From: Guillardia theta CCMP2712
Taxonomy: Eukaryota > Protista > Cryptophyta
Length of the DNA stretch: 64,000 nt
NCBI RefSeq assembly: GCF_000315625.1
Contig: NW_005434588.1
Coordinates: 71,528-135,527 of the forward strand
Reading direction: 5' to 3'
Position numbers and translations under genes: made by a program. The notes beneath the pieces are model-generated. The model had not been told where the DNA came from. It saw only the letters and a program-made list of their open reading frames with translations, and made no database searches. Positions 36,580-51,779 of the stretch are shown in pieces; position 1 is the stretch's first letter; each line of letters begins with the position of its first letter.

Positions 36580-38941
36580 ATGAGGGGGTTGTATCTCCTT
36601 TGCACGCTTCTCCCGTTGCTCCCTCCAATCCAGAACTCCCTCATCCTGCAGCCTCTTCCTTCGCAGCTCATGCCAACCAGACTGAGGGGTGGGTCTGTGC
36701 ACGGACGAGGCAAGGTCCAGGATATAGTTGACGGCGACTTCGACGACGGCATGTGCCCATGTGGCGATCCGAGCTGCACGAGCAGGCTGAAGCACCCGCA
36801 GACGGCAGAGGACTTGAGGAGGAAGCGGTACAACGACATCGCCACTGAGCATCTCCAGAAGCTCGCCAAGGGGGAGCCTGCCACCATGGAAGAGCTGCCG
36901 ATGGACATGCAGGAGTGCCTGGTGCACGAGATCCGCCATGGCGAGCTCAAGGAGATGTTCAAGCCAGTGACGCCATGGTGGAAGGTAGCGCCCTTCGGGA
37001 ACATCTCGCGAGCTGAGGGAGACAAGAGGGACGTCGCCTGCTCCAAGGGGGTGGAGGAGACGTCAGAGAGTATCGCCTTCAACGGGAGGGAATGCGGGTC
37101 GTACAGTTGGGCGCAGGACAGGGAGAAAGTTTGTTTCTTCATGTTTGTAGACAAGCAGGTTCAGAGCAAGCAGATTGACGTGCGAGTAGCACTGCAATCG
37201 CTACTAGTCTCCATCGACAAGGTCCCGATCCAGAGCATCCGGCTGTCGTATCCTGTGCGGTGCAGCGAGGAGGCGACTGAGGACTGTTGGGGGCTGACGA
37301 CAATGATGGGGAGGAAGCTACTCAAAGTCACTCTGTACAAGAGCATGCTAGGGCTGCCGGTAGACGCGCCGGAGCGAGCGGAGGGCTTGTGGTGGAGGTC
37401 GTTTTCTACCCTGGAAGAAAAGATGCCAGAGGATAGAGTTGTAGACAAGAAGTCGAGCATGGAAGAGGTAGTCCTGCGGCACCAGAAGCCATTTCATGCT
37501 CCTCCTCCAGTCGGTGTCGAGATCGATCCAGAAGCCCTCAACTTCCAATGGTGCGAGCATTTCGACCTGCAGTTCCTCGACGTCCTGGTCGCCTACTGCT
37601 CGGTCTACAGGTGGGATGTGGGGAGAGAGGAGGAGGACGAGGAGGAGAAGGAGGAAGGGGGAAAGCAGGGTGACTTTGTGTGCACAGGCAAGTGAATGGT
37701 AGGATGACGGAGGATCCTGTCGGAGTCAGCTCCATGCTTCAATCCTCGTCGCACTCGCTGCGGCTCCTGCGGGATCGCAGCTTCACTTGCTACGCTCAAG
37801 TTCTCAGCTCTGCAGCCTTGGAGCTGCACCCGCTAGTCTCAGGGACAGCGCAGGAGAAGAATCTGCTGATGCTGCAGATCCTTCAGGACGTTGAGGCGAT
37901 CCTGTCCAGCTACGAGGCTCCTTTCTACGCCCTCTCAGGCTGCCTTCAAGTGATGGAGAAGGCAGAGGCGATCCTCTGGGAGAAGGCGGAGGAGGGCGAC
38001 AGAAAACTGATCACGTCCAAGGAGGTCGAGGAGGTAACGCTCTCTTCCACCTCCCCCCCTCCCTCCTCCTCCGACGACGACGACGAAGAGCACGAGGATC
38101 GCATGGTAGCAGTTCATGACCCTGACAAGAGCAAGCGCATGCTCATCAGCAAGAACAGTCGTCGTGAGAGCCTGGAGCTCGCTTCTCGAGCTGACGACCT
38201 CAGCTTGGCTTGTGAGAAGGTCCAGGACATCCTCAGCTGTCTCTGGGTCGCCAACATGTCGTACAGAGATGAGGTCAGCCACGAGCTGAGATGTCTACCC
38301 CAGCTGACTTCCAGCAGATGCTGACGGAGGTGAGAAGAGCGCAGCAGGCCCACATATTCTGCTCGACCATCGAGAACTTGACGTTGGTGGACCAAATGAC
38401 GGTGACGAGTGACGTGTACAAGGTGCCTGTCAGTCCCCGTTGACGAGCTGAGAAATGACAGCGTCAAACTCCCCCAGCACTTTGCCATCAGGGACTACAT
38501 CATTGAGGATCAGCGACGCCTTGTCAAGCTGGCGGAAGAGAAGATGAAGGTTTGACAAGCTCTAGAGTCGCCAAGGCCCTGCTGACGTCGCCCTGCAGCA
38601 GCCTCCCGTCAAGTATTCAAGCTCCTCCAGCTGGTCAGACCCGGAGTTCTTCTATTTCGGGAGGGCAAAGGGGCAGGAGGCGGAGGAGGAGGAGGGAGAG
38701 GAGGAGGGAGGAGCTGATGAGCGTGAGGAAAATGAGGATGAGAATAGAGGAGGCAACAAGGGAGAAAAAAGCAGCAGGGGAAACAAAGGAGGAGGAGGAG
38801 GAGGAGGAGGAGGAGGAGGAGGAGGAGGAGGAGGAGGAGGAGGAGGAGGAGGAGGAGGAGGAGGAGGAGGAGGAGGAGAGACTGGGGTTGGGACGAAAGA
38901 AGACTAAGATGAAGCATTTGATCAAGATAGAGCAGGAGTAG
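36580..38941 (+). CDS. Signal-peptide protein with RLRGG motif and CS (p23/NudC-like) domain, multi-exon
   Basis: MRGLYLLCTLLPLL...PTRLRGGS; CS-like YSWAQDREKVCFFMFVDKQVQSKQIDVRV...LKVTLYK...WWRS; further exons ~37700-38700; 3' end uncertain. Confidence 0.65.
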
Positions 38942-39114
38942 GAGCTGGGTATGAAGAAGATAGGAGAGGGTACGGGGAGGAAAGGATGGAGATTCACGAT
39001 GGGAGCGAACTGAAATTCGTATGTGGCTCCTATACTGAAAGACGAGGAGTGACAGACAACAAATTTACAAAACCTCTTTTGATATCCTTTTCCTGCTCCT
39101 GCTCCTGCTCCTAC

Positions 39115-39344
39115 NNNNNNNNNNNNNNNNNNNNNNNNNNNNNNNNNNNNNNNNNNNNNNNNNNNNNNNNNNNNNNNNNNNNNNNNNNNNNNNNNNNNNN
39201 NNNNNNNNNNNNNNNNNNNNNNNNNNNNNNNNNNNNNNNNNNNNNNNNNNNNNNNNNNNNNNNNNNNNNNNNNNNNNNNNNNNNNNNNNNNNNNNNNNNN
39301 NNNNNNNNNNNNNNNNNNNNNNNNNNNNNNNNNNNNNNNNNNNN
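39115..39344. other. Assembly gap
   Basis: Run of N. Confidence 1.
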
Positions 39345-41840
<2,496 letters not shown>

Positions 41841-44294
41841 AACTTCTTTGCTATGTCGTCACCTCTCACCTCATCCTCCCTCCTCTCTCCTCCCCTCCCT
41901 TCTCCTCTCCTCTTCTCTCTCCTCTCCTGATCTATTCTCTCTCCCTCCCTCTCCTCCTCCCTCTCCCACCATCTTTATCCTCGTACATCACCATCAACCT
42001 CCACACCGTATCCCTCATCCCCGCTCATATGAACATTCACCGGGGCCAGCACCGGGGCCCGCCGGGCCCGGGACACTGAAGCACCCGTCTGACTCCTGCT
42101 TGTTTTAGAGGCGAGGCCGTGCCCTGTATACCTTTCAAGGTGTTTCCACCCAGGTTTCCACCCCCCTTTGGTTCCATACCCAGGCAATTCAAGGAAATAT
42201 GACGGGTAGTGCAGAGAGAATTGGACTACCCCTACCCAGGGAAAGCCAAAAATACCTCTACCCGAGATTGGTGTGTCACCAAACCTGTAAACAGACCCCC
42301 CATTTTACCGACAAACATACCCACCCTCCCGACACGATAAAATGGCAGTCCCCAGGGGAAGAAAGAACGCAACGTTTCGAATCACAGTGACTACCCACCC
42401 TCCTCCCGGTCGTTTTCGCCGCACCCTACCCAGAAACCAAATCAAACGGATGAATGAACCCCTGGATAACCCCAATGAAACCTGGAAAATGTCAGGGGGT
42501 GGGTCCAATGTAGGGAGGGTTTCAATCCTCGCAGGGGTAGTAATAGTAGTGGGATAATAACTTTAGTAAAAGTAAACGAGGAGATTATCTAGAGATGGGA
42601 ATACTTAAAAGAATAAAATGAGGTTATAGTAGTAGGAAGGTATAGCAAGAGCTACAACTTCATAAGTGGTAAAGGGTCTTAGCATGGGGAGGCTGACCAA
42701 AACTGTTGTTATTATATTAAAGATGATTTTGAATGATACCCACTATCATAAATATCAATATTTTTCTCCGAAAACACAAACTTTCATGAATTCAAGGTAC
42801 GGGAAGTTTCTCTATATTTATATTTGAACATATTTGGATAATATTATTGTATTGACGCAATTGTCGTCCCTACATACAAGTTTTTTGAGATGAGATTTCT
42901 CCTAGAGATAGTACCAGATCTCAACTGGTACTGAAATTAATAACCACATAGAGAGCATTTATATAAGAGATGTGAGGCCCCCATGCGGTGACCACGAAGC
43001 GAGCAGAAGTGCTGGGAGAGGACGATCAGAGGAGAGAGAAGGAGGGAGGAGAGAGAGGGAAGGAGAAAGGGAGGGAAGAAAAAATTCCCGTGAAGGATAC
43101 TAGAGGTCATCCTTGCCCAGGAGGACTTGAGTGAAGGACAAGGAGGAATCTTTGTTGGAGACTAGTGAGTTCGAAGTGCAAAATGATTTCAGGGGGGCGA
43201 ACACGATGAGATGGTAAAGCTTGTGAAAGAACAGAAAGATATAAACTCACAGGGACATGCATTCATGCAGCTCCGAAGTGAGCTTGAAACGAGGGATGTT
43301 ACAAGTAGAATGCAAGGAATGACGAGACAAGAACGTGACGGTTAGTTGACAACAATCTGAGAGACGTAGATGAATGGACGAAGGAGGCAAGGAGCGAGAG
43401 TACACGGTTGAAACAAGAAGATCAGGATCAAAGGGATCAGAAAGTGTATCTTGAATTGGACAGGTAGAAAAAACCGTTGCGAGCTGAACAACACGAGGGC
43501 AGATATCGAAAGAAGCGATGAGTTGTATTCTAAGAAAAGGGGCTGCCTTGCAGATTAAAGGAAAAGGGAATGTCTTCAAGGTTAGAAGAGGAGGGATGAA
43601 GTAAAAACGATGAAGCAGAATATGTCCCTTGGCTAAGGTTTCGAAAGTGAACAAGAGCTTAGTGTAGGAGGTCAACATAGCAATCGAGATCGGTAGAAGT
43701 GACCCTAAAAAATGCAATGGAGGAGTTGATGATTGAAAGACAAGATGATAGAATCGGGGGGGATGCAGAGGGGGGAAAGGAAAAAGTACACTAAACGACA
43801 AGAAAGAACCTTGAAGCTATGCATGACAAAATAGAAATGAGAGAAAAACTAAGCAAGAGAATGGGGTAGAAATGAGGTGGATTTCTTTTGTGGGAATTCA
43901 ACTATAGGAGTGATTGGGTTGGTTTGATTGTCTTTCTTTTCCATAGGAGTTTATTTGATCGTATAACCTCTTTTTACAATCATCAATCTTTTATGAAATG
44001 ATACGATATAAGTTTAAGATACGATGGAGATAAGTTTAAACAGTCGTGAGAAGGCACTCAACGATTGCATACTGAACCTGGTGGAATGAAAGGGGAGAGA
44101 TAATCATTTTGAGATGCAAAGGATTGAGGTAGAATGCAAGGGAAGCAGGAAGTGTAGGAGAATCGATAGTTGACAGATAGGGAGAGGAAGTGAAGACAAG
44201 ACTCGGATTGCTTGTCCGATTTTCAATCTCTGCTCTATTTTTCTGATGGTCGAATTCCGCAGATAATGCAAAGGAGCTTGAAAATTTGCCAACT

Positions 44295-45281
44295 ATGATG
44301 TCCGACAAAGAGAACATTGTAACACATTCGTGGCACGAAGAAAACTGCGTTTCCCCCGATCCGTACGAAAATTACACGAGGTAAACGGAAGGGAGAGACT
44401 GAAACATGAGTGGAAAGGGTGAGGGGGATGGGAGGGAGAAGAGATGATGAAGGGTGAAATGAAGACAAAGAGCTCAAGAGGACCCGCAGCTGATGATCTT
44501 TTCTTTTTGTTTTCTTGCTTGCAGTGAGAAGCATGCTGCTGTTCTCTCCTGGTTGGAGAAGAGCAACTCGAGGAGGGAGGAGGAACTAGAAGTTTCTTCG
44601 AGATGGATGGAGACGGAGGAGATGGAGGACTCATCCTGTGCGAGCTATACAGACAAGATGTTCATCGTGCTTCCAACCAACTTGTTGGAGGCGGAGGCAG
44701 CGCACAGGAGGACGATCGAGCAGTATGGCAAGTCACACCAGAGGGTATCGACGATCGGACATGCTGATAAGGCTGATGAGTTCGGGTACGACGGCAGACG
44801 GTGCTGTCATGATCGCGCGTATAAACTGTCTGACGCCTTCCACAGGCAGAGGAGGATTGACTACACGTGCTACCCAGAGCTAGAGGAGGAGGAGGAGCAG
44901 GAGGGTTCCGTGATCTCGTCCTTCTACGAAGGGAAAGGAAGCAACCTGGACTTCCTCGTTGAGACTTCCATGGACTGCGTTGCGCGAGAAAACGCAATGG
45001 CCCTGCTCAAGGTACTCCCCACCCCTCAAACCCCTCCTCCTCCTGTTTCTCTTCGCACATTCTCCCTGACCTCCTTTCCTTCCACGTTCTCCATTTCTTC
45101 CTTGCGACCGTCTCTTGGTCATGATCAACTGATCACAGCAAACACACGGAAACATACCTGAAGCCATCAGACCTGGTACATGCTTCGTCCGCAACCACAT
45201 TGCCCCTGACATGTTCTTAAGGCCCCACGGCCCCACTGATCGACCTCCTTCGCTACAGCATCAACAATAGAGCAAATGTAA
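44295..45281 (+). CDS. Hypothetical protein with C-terminal UBA-like (NAC/HYPK-type) domain; may extend upstream towards ~43000
   Basis: Spliced C-terminus SNLDFLVETSMDCVARENAMALLK-QTHGNIPEAIR resembles NAC-alpha/HYPK UBA; exon-like purine-rich segments upstream. Confidence 0.45.
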
Positions 45282-45552
45282 ACGACGAGATTATGTCCTG
45301 TAATTTATGATTTGATCAAACTTTGATTTCCTTCTATTTATCTTGAAATTCCTCGAGGGGAAATTATCCCCCTCACTTGTAGTACGATGTTTCTGTCCAA
45401 TCCTCTTCTCTCCTCCCCTCCTTGGATCCCGACTACCCTCCTCGCACCTCCCCTCTTCTGCAAGATCCCCTCCTCTATTCTCCGCTTCCTTCCTCTCTAT
45501 GAGCCCGCAAAAGATCTGAAGATCGGTACACTTCAATATACAAGCTGCTCCC

Positions 45553-46499
45553 TCAGCTCCTCCTGAAATTCATCACGGCGTATCTGAACATGGCGCCGCC
45601 GAAAGCAGCAACGATGGGGATCACAAATAGGTCATCCAGCAGCCCGATGGGACCAAAGAGCATCTGCAATAGAGCATGATCAGGCAGAACGAGCGTGCTG
45701 AGATGTGCGGGAGGGGAGGTTGCGAAGTAAGGAAAGCAGGATAGAAAGGCTGATGACGATGATCGATATATGTCACCTCTGGTAAGATATCGCAAGGCGA
45801 TGCGATGTAAATAATAACGATGATGCAGAGGACTACGATGATCAGTTTGAATCCTGCCGGTAGGGACGACCACTCCCTGACAAAAATCGCCTCAAAACAT
45901 CAACACAATCAGCCAGCAAACTTCAACCTGATAGCTCGGGCCCCCCATCTCCAACTTTCTTGTATCCAACTATCCTGCATCATGCTATTGTACTGTCTCA
46001 GCTTCTCGTCCATGTAACGATGATCGGACGGTTTGTGTCCTCTGGCTCGGAGGGAAGGACTAGGAAACACTGCAAAGACCTCTCGGCGGTCCAGTGGGCA
46101 GGTCACTTTCTTCCTCTGCTGCCCTTGTCGCTGCCACCACCTGCTCACCTGTCAACGAAGAGGAAGAGAGGAAGACACAAACGACTTTAGGAAGCAACGA
46201 GAGCAGAAGGCATGTCCGCAATGGGTCTCACACGCCCATTCGCAAAGCTCTAGGCAGATGGGACATGTTGGATGGTGGTTGTAGTCTTGTTCTACTTGCT
46301 GCAAAGGGTGAGACATCCTCTGCCCATCAGGATCCGCAGGCTGAGCTCCATCTCTTGCTCTCTTCTTGTTGACAATTGTCGTTCGTGATGGTACACAGCT
46401 TGCAAGAAAGCGCGACAGCAGATACAAGTTCAACACGAAATGGCCGAACATTAAGTAAACAGCCTCATTGGAGGCCCATTCGATGATGCGCTTCTGCAT
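45553..46499 (-). CDS. RNF170: RING-finger E3 ligase, RNF170-like (RING + DUF1232-type TM C-terminus)
   Basis: CPICLELCEWACETHCGHAFCSRC...CPLDRREV; C-terminus MLFGPIGLLDDLFVI; N-terminus IIEWASNEAV. Confidence 0.8.
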
Positions 46500-47362
46500 C
46501 TTCCTAGCTTATCTCGAAATTAATACATTTGCTTGCAGCATTCAACTTTGGGCAGGAAACTCCATAACAACGATGACCAGGAATCCTTACACCTCGATGC
46601 CCGTAAAACCAAATTATGGTTGCTTGCCATTTTCACAACCTGCAGCATGTTTGATCAACATCCACAAATGTTTATGAGTTCTTCGAAAACCTCCTTTGAT
46701 AATCTCATATGACTGTCGTTTTCAAGAGGAAACTTCATCATCATTCCATACACAGCTTTTTCTCCTTATGCAATTCTTCGGCACCTCTGCATCTCGTATC
46801 TGTGTGTATCCTATTCTTCTACCCACAGTCCTCCTCTCTCCTCTTCCTCTTCCTCTTCCTCTTCCTCTTGCATTCACTTCTCCTCTGTCTCTCTTGCTTT
46901 CAACTCTACTTCAGCCCGTCTCTCCCTCCTCCTGCAGCGACTCATACACAGGGCATTGAGTTCCCACCCCTTTAGACCTCCGGTTGCTTCTAATCACCCT
47001 ACCCTCATTATCTACTGTTTAACAAAAGCACCCCTCTTCTTCACCAGAGATTACCCTACTTTTGCATATCTTGCCTCGATGGTTCAGTAAGATTACCCCT
47101 ACTTGAGTTACTACCTACCCCTGCTCAAAGGCTTGAACGGTTGATATGAAACAATTTGGGATCAATTATTCAACATTGCCAGAAAAACTCGAATTTTAAA
47201 TACAAGATTAATTCTGGTCCCCACGAAATTTGTTCAATTCCGAGCAAAAACCCTGTAACGGAACGTTGAGCAGAAATCCAGAACTAGGGAGACTGTTGAG
47301 TGAAATATTTAGTTATGTACACCACAAACTTTCTTTGTTGGCGCGCTTTTTGCTGTGGCGGA

Positions 47363-50300
47363 ATGCAGAATGAGGAAGACGAGGATAGGCGAACAGATGA
47401 TAAGTGAAGTGGAAGCTTGATAGTTTTAGAGAAGAGATGAAGATGCTTTGTATTGAAGGATTTGTTTGCTTGTTCGTGAGCTAAAAAAAACAGATGCCAA
47501 TCATGCGGGCTGCTCGCCCTGAAGCAAAACAGCGCATCGGTGATCGGCTGGTAAGTTTTTGGAAAATGATGGTTGTATTACTGACACCTGGAACAGTACA
47601 GTATTATACAGGAAAGGCAAGGAAAGCTTGCTGCAAAGATTGTTGGGATGCTTCTCGAGGGCTTTTCAGAACCAGATCTAGAACATCTCCTGACAAATGA
47701 GCACCAATTAAATGAGGAAAGTTGCAAGCTTATGTGATTATGGCGAACTGAATATCTCTGTATGTGCTTCTCAGGAAGTAGAGAGTGCTGTATACCTTCT
47801 TAAGATACAAGACTCAGATACCTCCGACTGGTCTAGGTTGGAATGTAATCGAGCACTGCAAGAGTTAGAATATGCATTATACTCTGAGCCTCCACATTGC
47901 GCAAATGCAAGTTGGTCAATCGCGGACCTGGCTATGTTGTCCTCATGGTGGCATATCATTGCTTGGTCACGTCAAGGGTGTTTATGACTGGCCGACAGGA
48001 GAAATTTGATCGGAGGCAGAGCCAAAATAATCCGCCGGTTGATTGATTTGCTGGACGGAAATCCATGGGAAAGCAAGGTAAGTCTACACAACCAACAGCA
48101 TTTGATGAAATAGAATTTCAGAATGCTGCCTTGTGCCTTGGAAATCTCTGCTGTGACTGCCCCATCAATCAAGTGATCATAGGAACTACGACGATTGGAA
48201 CGAGGACGATATTTTCAGGGCTTGTCAGGCTTGTGCTTCATTCCAAAGATGAAACAACCAAGATATTTGCATGTTTGGCCATCAACAACCTAGCATGCAA
48301 CATTGAAAATGCTCATAACATCTGCCTCTTTCCATTCGCTATCCCCGGTGCGATAAAGTCAAAATACATGATTGTCAGTGAATTCTCCGCTGGCACTTAG
48401 CTTTGGTTACAATGCTCTCCAACGCTTGCGAGGAAGGAAAGCAGTGTGGATCATTGGCTATTGCAAAGTATGTGCTTCTACATTCAACTTGTTGAAACAT
48501 TTCTAATGTTTTATAGCGTTGCTGCTAATGATCAACACAATATTTTTCGGATTGGTTTGTACTTAATATTCTTTTCAGTTCTAATTTCGTCTTTATTAGG
48601 TGATCAACCTGGTTTATTTCAAGGGCTCTTACAAATCATACGGTCATCTGATTGCACAAGCTCACGCGAAACTGCCGCATGGGCTTTAGCTATTTGCATT
48701 TGCAATGATGAACTTACAAATATTCCACGTATCTGGGAATTAGGAGGCATCCACTGCCTGTGCGATGTTTTGGCTAAGCGATCAGAATCAGAAAGATTTG
48801 TTCAGTACTCAATAACCATAGTCCAGGTTAGCATTGGATTCTGACAAAGTTTCGTACATTCATGTTCGTCACAGCTTGCAACTGAAATTCTGTGGGAAGT
48901 CTTGTCAAAGAATCAAAGATACCTGCAAGTTGAAGTCATTCTCGGGAATTTGGAGTCAGATAATGCAAATTTGCAGGTGTTTGACGCCGAATTTCATTAT
49001 CTGTCTGACAATTTTCTGAAAGGAGTATGGATTGCATGCCGTCATATCTCTTGCTTCTTGCGAAATCGCAGGAATAAAACCATTCTTATTCCTGCATCCG
49101 AGGTCTTTGGCTGCATTTTCCAAAGCCATGAATGGAAAATCGAAAAGGACTGCAGCGATTGCTGCGCAACTGCTTGGCGAAAATCTCGATTTTATCAAGA
49201 CTCAGAATGAGGATAAACATTTTGCAGCAAGTTTGTTGTTGGAAACATGCAGGAAGTCTATTCCTCTTGCAGACAAGGCCTATGCTTTAGCTCAGTCCAT
49301 CCGAAAACGATTCATTTCAAACGAAAAGGTTAGCACTTATGATTCCACTTGTACCACTTCAATCAGAATGAAAATTGATCGGAACAATGTCTTGGGAAGT
49401 GCATTGAAGCAGCTTGGACAAATCAACGGAAAGAAGCTTCTTTCTCTTGGATATCAATTTGAATTTACAAATTATGGATTCAAAGAAACTGGTTTAGACT
49501 ACGGAGGCCTAAGAAGGGAGGGCCTTCGATTGATTGCTTCAGAGCTATTTGAACCTGGCAATGGATTTGTCCTTCCATGCTTCAATACTCTCGACTCAGA
49601 GACAGGTATGCTTCAGATCAATCCGTCGAAAATGCGGATGCTGGAGAGAAAGCAAGTTTATGAAATGATGGGGAAAGTTCTCGCTCTTGCGTTTGCAGAA
49701 AATATTCCCTTAGGAATCTCTATGACACCTTCATTTTGGAAGATTATACTTCTTGGGAGCATCTCTCAAGAGCATCTCACAATTGTATGAAATGCCAAAT
49801 GTTGAGCTATCTGATTGACTCTTTAGGAAGACCTCATGTACGTAGATGAACAGCTTTACAGGAGCTTAGCTATAAGGATCCCCTCGCTAGAGGAGCAGGA
49901 AATGAGAGAAGTGCTATCCTGCATTACATTTTCGGTACCCAGTCGATCGCAGGTAACTCGATGGATGATCCCTATGGAAAAGCCAAACATCTGAACACTT
50001 TCATCATCGAATCAGTCAGATTTCTCGTCAGATGCAATTGCTCTTTATTCGTCACATGGAGATTCCAATTTCATCACCCCAGTCAAAGAGAGGAGAGAAT
50101 ACAAGGAGTCACCATTGAAACCAGGAGGCGACGAATTGCAAGTGACTCCAGGCGGATATGCAGAATATCGAAATCTTGTGGTTCAAAAGAGATTGTTCGA
50201 CGATGTTAAGCAACAGTACTTGTCACTAAAAGTCTAGTATGCCCTCACTCATACATAGGATGGATTTCCTCTGTCAAGCATTTCACGATATAGTTCCAGA

Positions 50301-50877
50301 TCACCTTTTGAATTGCTTTTCTCACGGAGACTTGCAATCTTTGATGTTTGGAGTTCATGAGGTTCAGATAGAATCGGTAACCATGTTTTTACTTTCTGCA
50401 TTAGAAATCCTCTGTGCAGATGATGAAGCACGTCGAGTATGGAGAAAGCATTGCAGAAACGTCACAGATTGTGCAATGGTTTTGGACGTACGTGAGTTCG
50501 CTTTCGAATCAGAGAAGGTCAAATCGATTCACCTTGACACCGATTGAGGTTCTTAAGCAGGTTGGAACTTCTTCAGTGGATTACAGGGATTACGTGTCTC
50601 CCTATCGGAGGATTTTCTAGACTAGGGAGACGAATCAAGTTAGTCCAAGACGTTGCAGGCCCAGACAGGTATTCAGTGTGAACGAATGTGACCCTCGTGA
50701 CTTCAATGCAAGGTTACCTACAGTTTCAACATGCACGTTCACATTGCATCTACCAAAGTACAGGAGGTTCGAGTACAACATTTGGAATCGAAACTCACGT
50801 TAAAACCATTCAGCTTCTCTCAGCTAAAGGAAAAGTTTGACCTGGCAACCAGCGATTACGTCTTTGGAATTGTGTAG
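47363..50877 (+). CDS. HECT E3 ubiquitin ligase with N-terminal ARM-like repeats, multi-exon
   Basis: ARM-like (FQNAALCLGNL, IFACLAINNLA, ETAAWALA); HECT ETGLDYGGLRREG...GKVLALAF...IVQWFW...LLQWITG...RLPTVSTCTFTLHLPKY...FGIV*. Confidence 0.9.
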
Positions 50878-50888
50878 ACAACGAAGTT

Positions 50889-51480
50889 GAGAAAGTTCGC
50901 AGTCAAGTTACCGAGATGTAATAGAAACGTGATGAAATAAAAACGAGCTCTATTCCATTGCTCAAAACAGGAGAGATCTCAGAGCGATTCTTAGACTCTC
51001 ACCACCATCGTCTAAACCAACCTGAACTCGGACGTCGATCGGCATCCTAATCCAGAGCCATCCGAGGACTGAAGTCTTCTGTCCTCTCAGCCACAACCAC
51101 AAAGCGGGAAGGGGGGTGGCCTCTGGACGACCAGTTCTGTAGAGCAGCGCCGATCAGGCTCCAGGGACAAGGAGCCCGAAATTGGAGCGGATGGAAACAC
51201 TCTTGGGGCAGCCTTAAGAGGGTGTCGTACCTAGCGGGAGACCGAGCTTTCGTTGTTTCAGTCATCACCTTCACGACCTGAAAGGGCGGTGTGGTCAACA
51301 TGGGCTTGCGAACTCCGAGAGGTGCATGGTCAGCACATGGTACTCCATGCGTCGCTTCTTCGACCTTCATCGAGTACCTGCGGGTCCCTGGCTATGAAGT
51401 CGACTGAGTCCATCAAGGATCTCAGGCTTTCCCGTCGAATCTCGATCTGGGCGATGGCCCGTTGAGGGGGAACCTAGCAT
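50889..51480 (-). pseudogene. Heavily deleted tandem relic of the adjacent DEAD-box helicase gene
   Basis: Collinear similarity blocks: 50889-50928 vs 51713-51757; ACCAACCTGAACTCGGACGTCGATCGG at 51016 and 52055; 51135-51240 vs 52860-53035; 51417-51460 vs 54086-54125. Confidence 0.65.
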
Positions 51481-51779
51481 GCAGCCTTCGGAAGAGATGA
51501 GGGGAGGAGGGAAACAAGACGGGAAGGAGGGGAGCTTTGGGAAGAAGGAAGGCCACTGCACAGTGGAGAGTAGCTGAAAGGACTGTTGGAAGCAGCCAGT
51601 GGCTCGTCTAGTACCAGCACTGTCACTGAATCCATTTCTCAGCCTTGCTTCAGTTCGCATACGGTGGTATCTCACTAATTCAACATGCAGTTGTATAAAC
51701 AACAATGATGCAGTGAAAGTTCGCCGTCCAATCAAGTAATCGAGATGTAATAGAAAGCCGCTCCAGTGGACACATACGT

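Noticed and set aside
42560-44290. Transposon or viral insert in the AT/purine-rich stretch
   Set aside because: No transposase, RT or capsid motifs and no terminal repeats seen; more likely short exons of the downstream gene plus intergenic DNA
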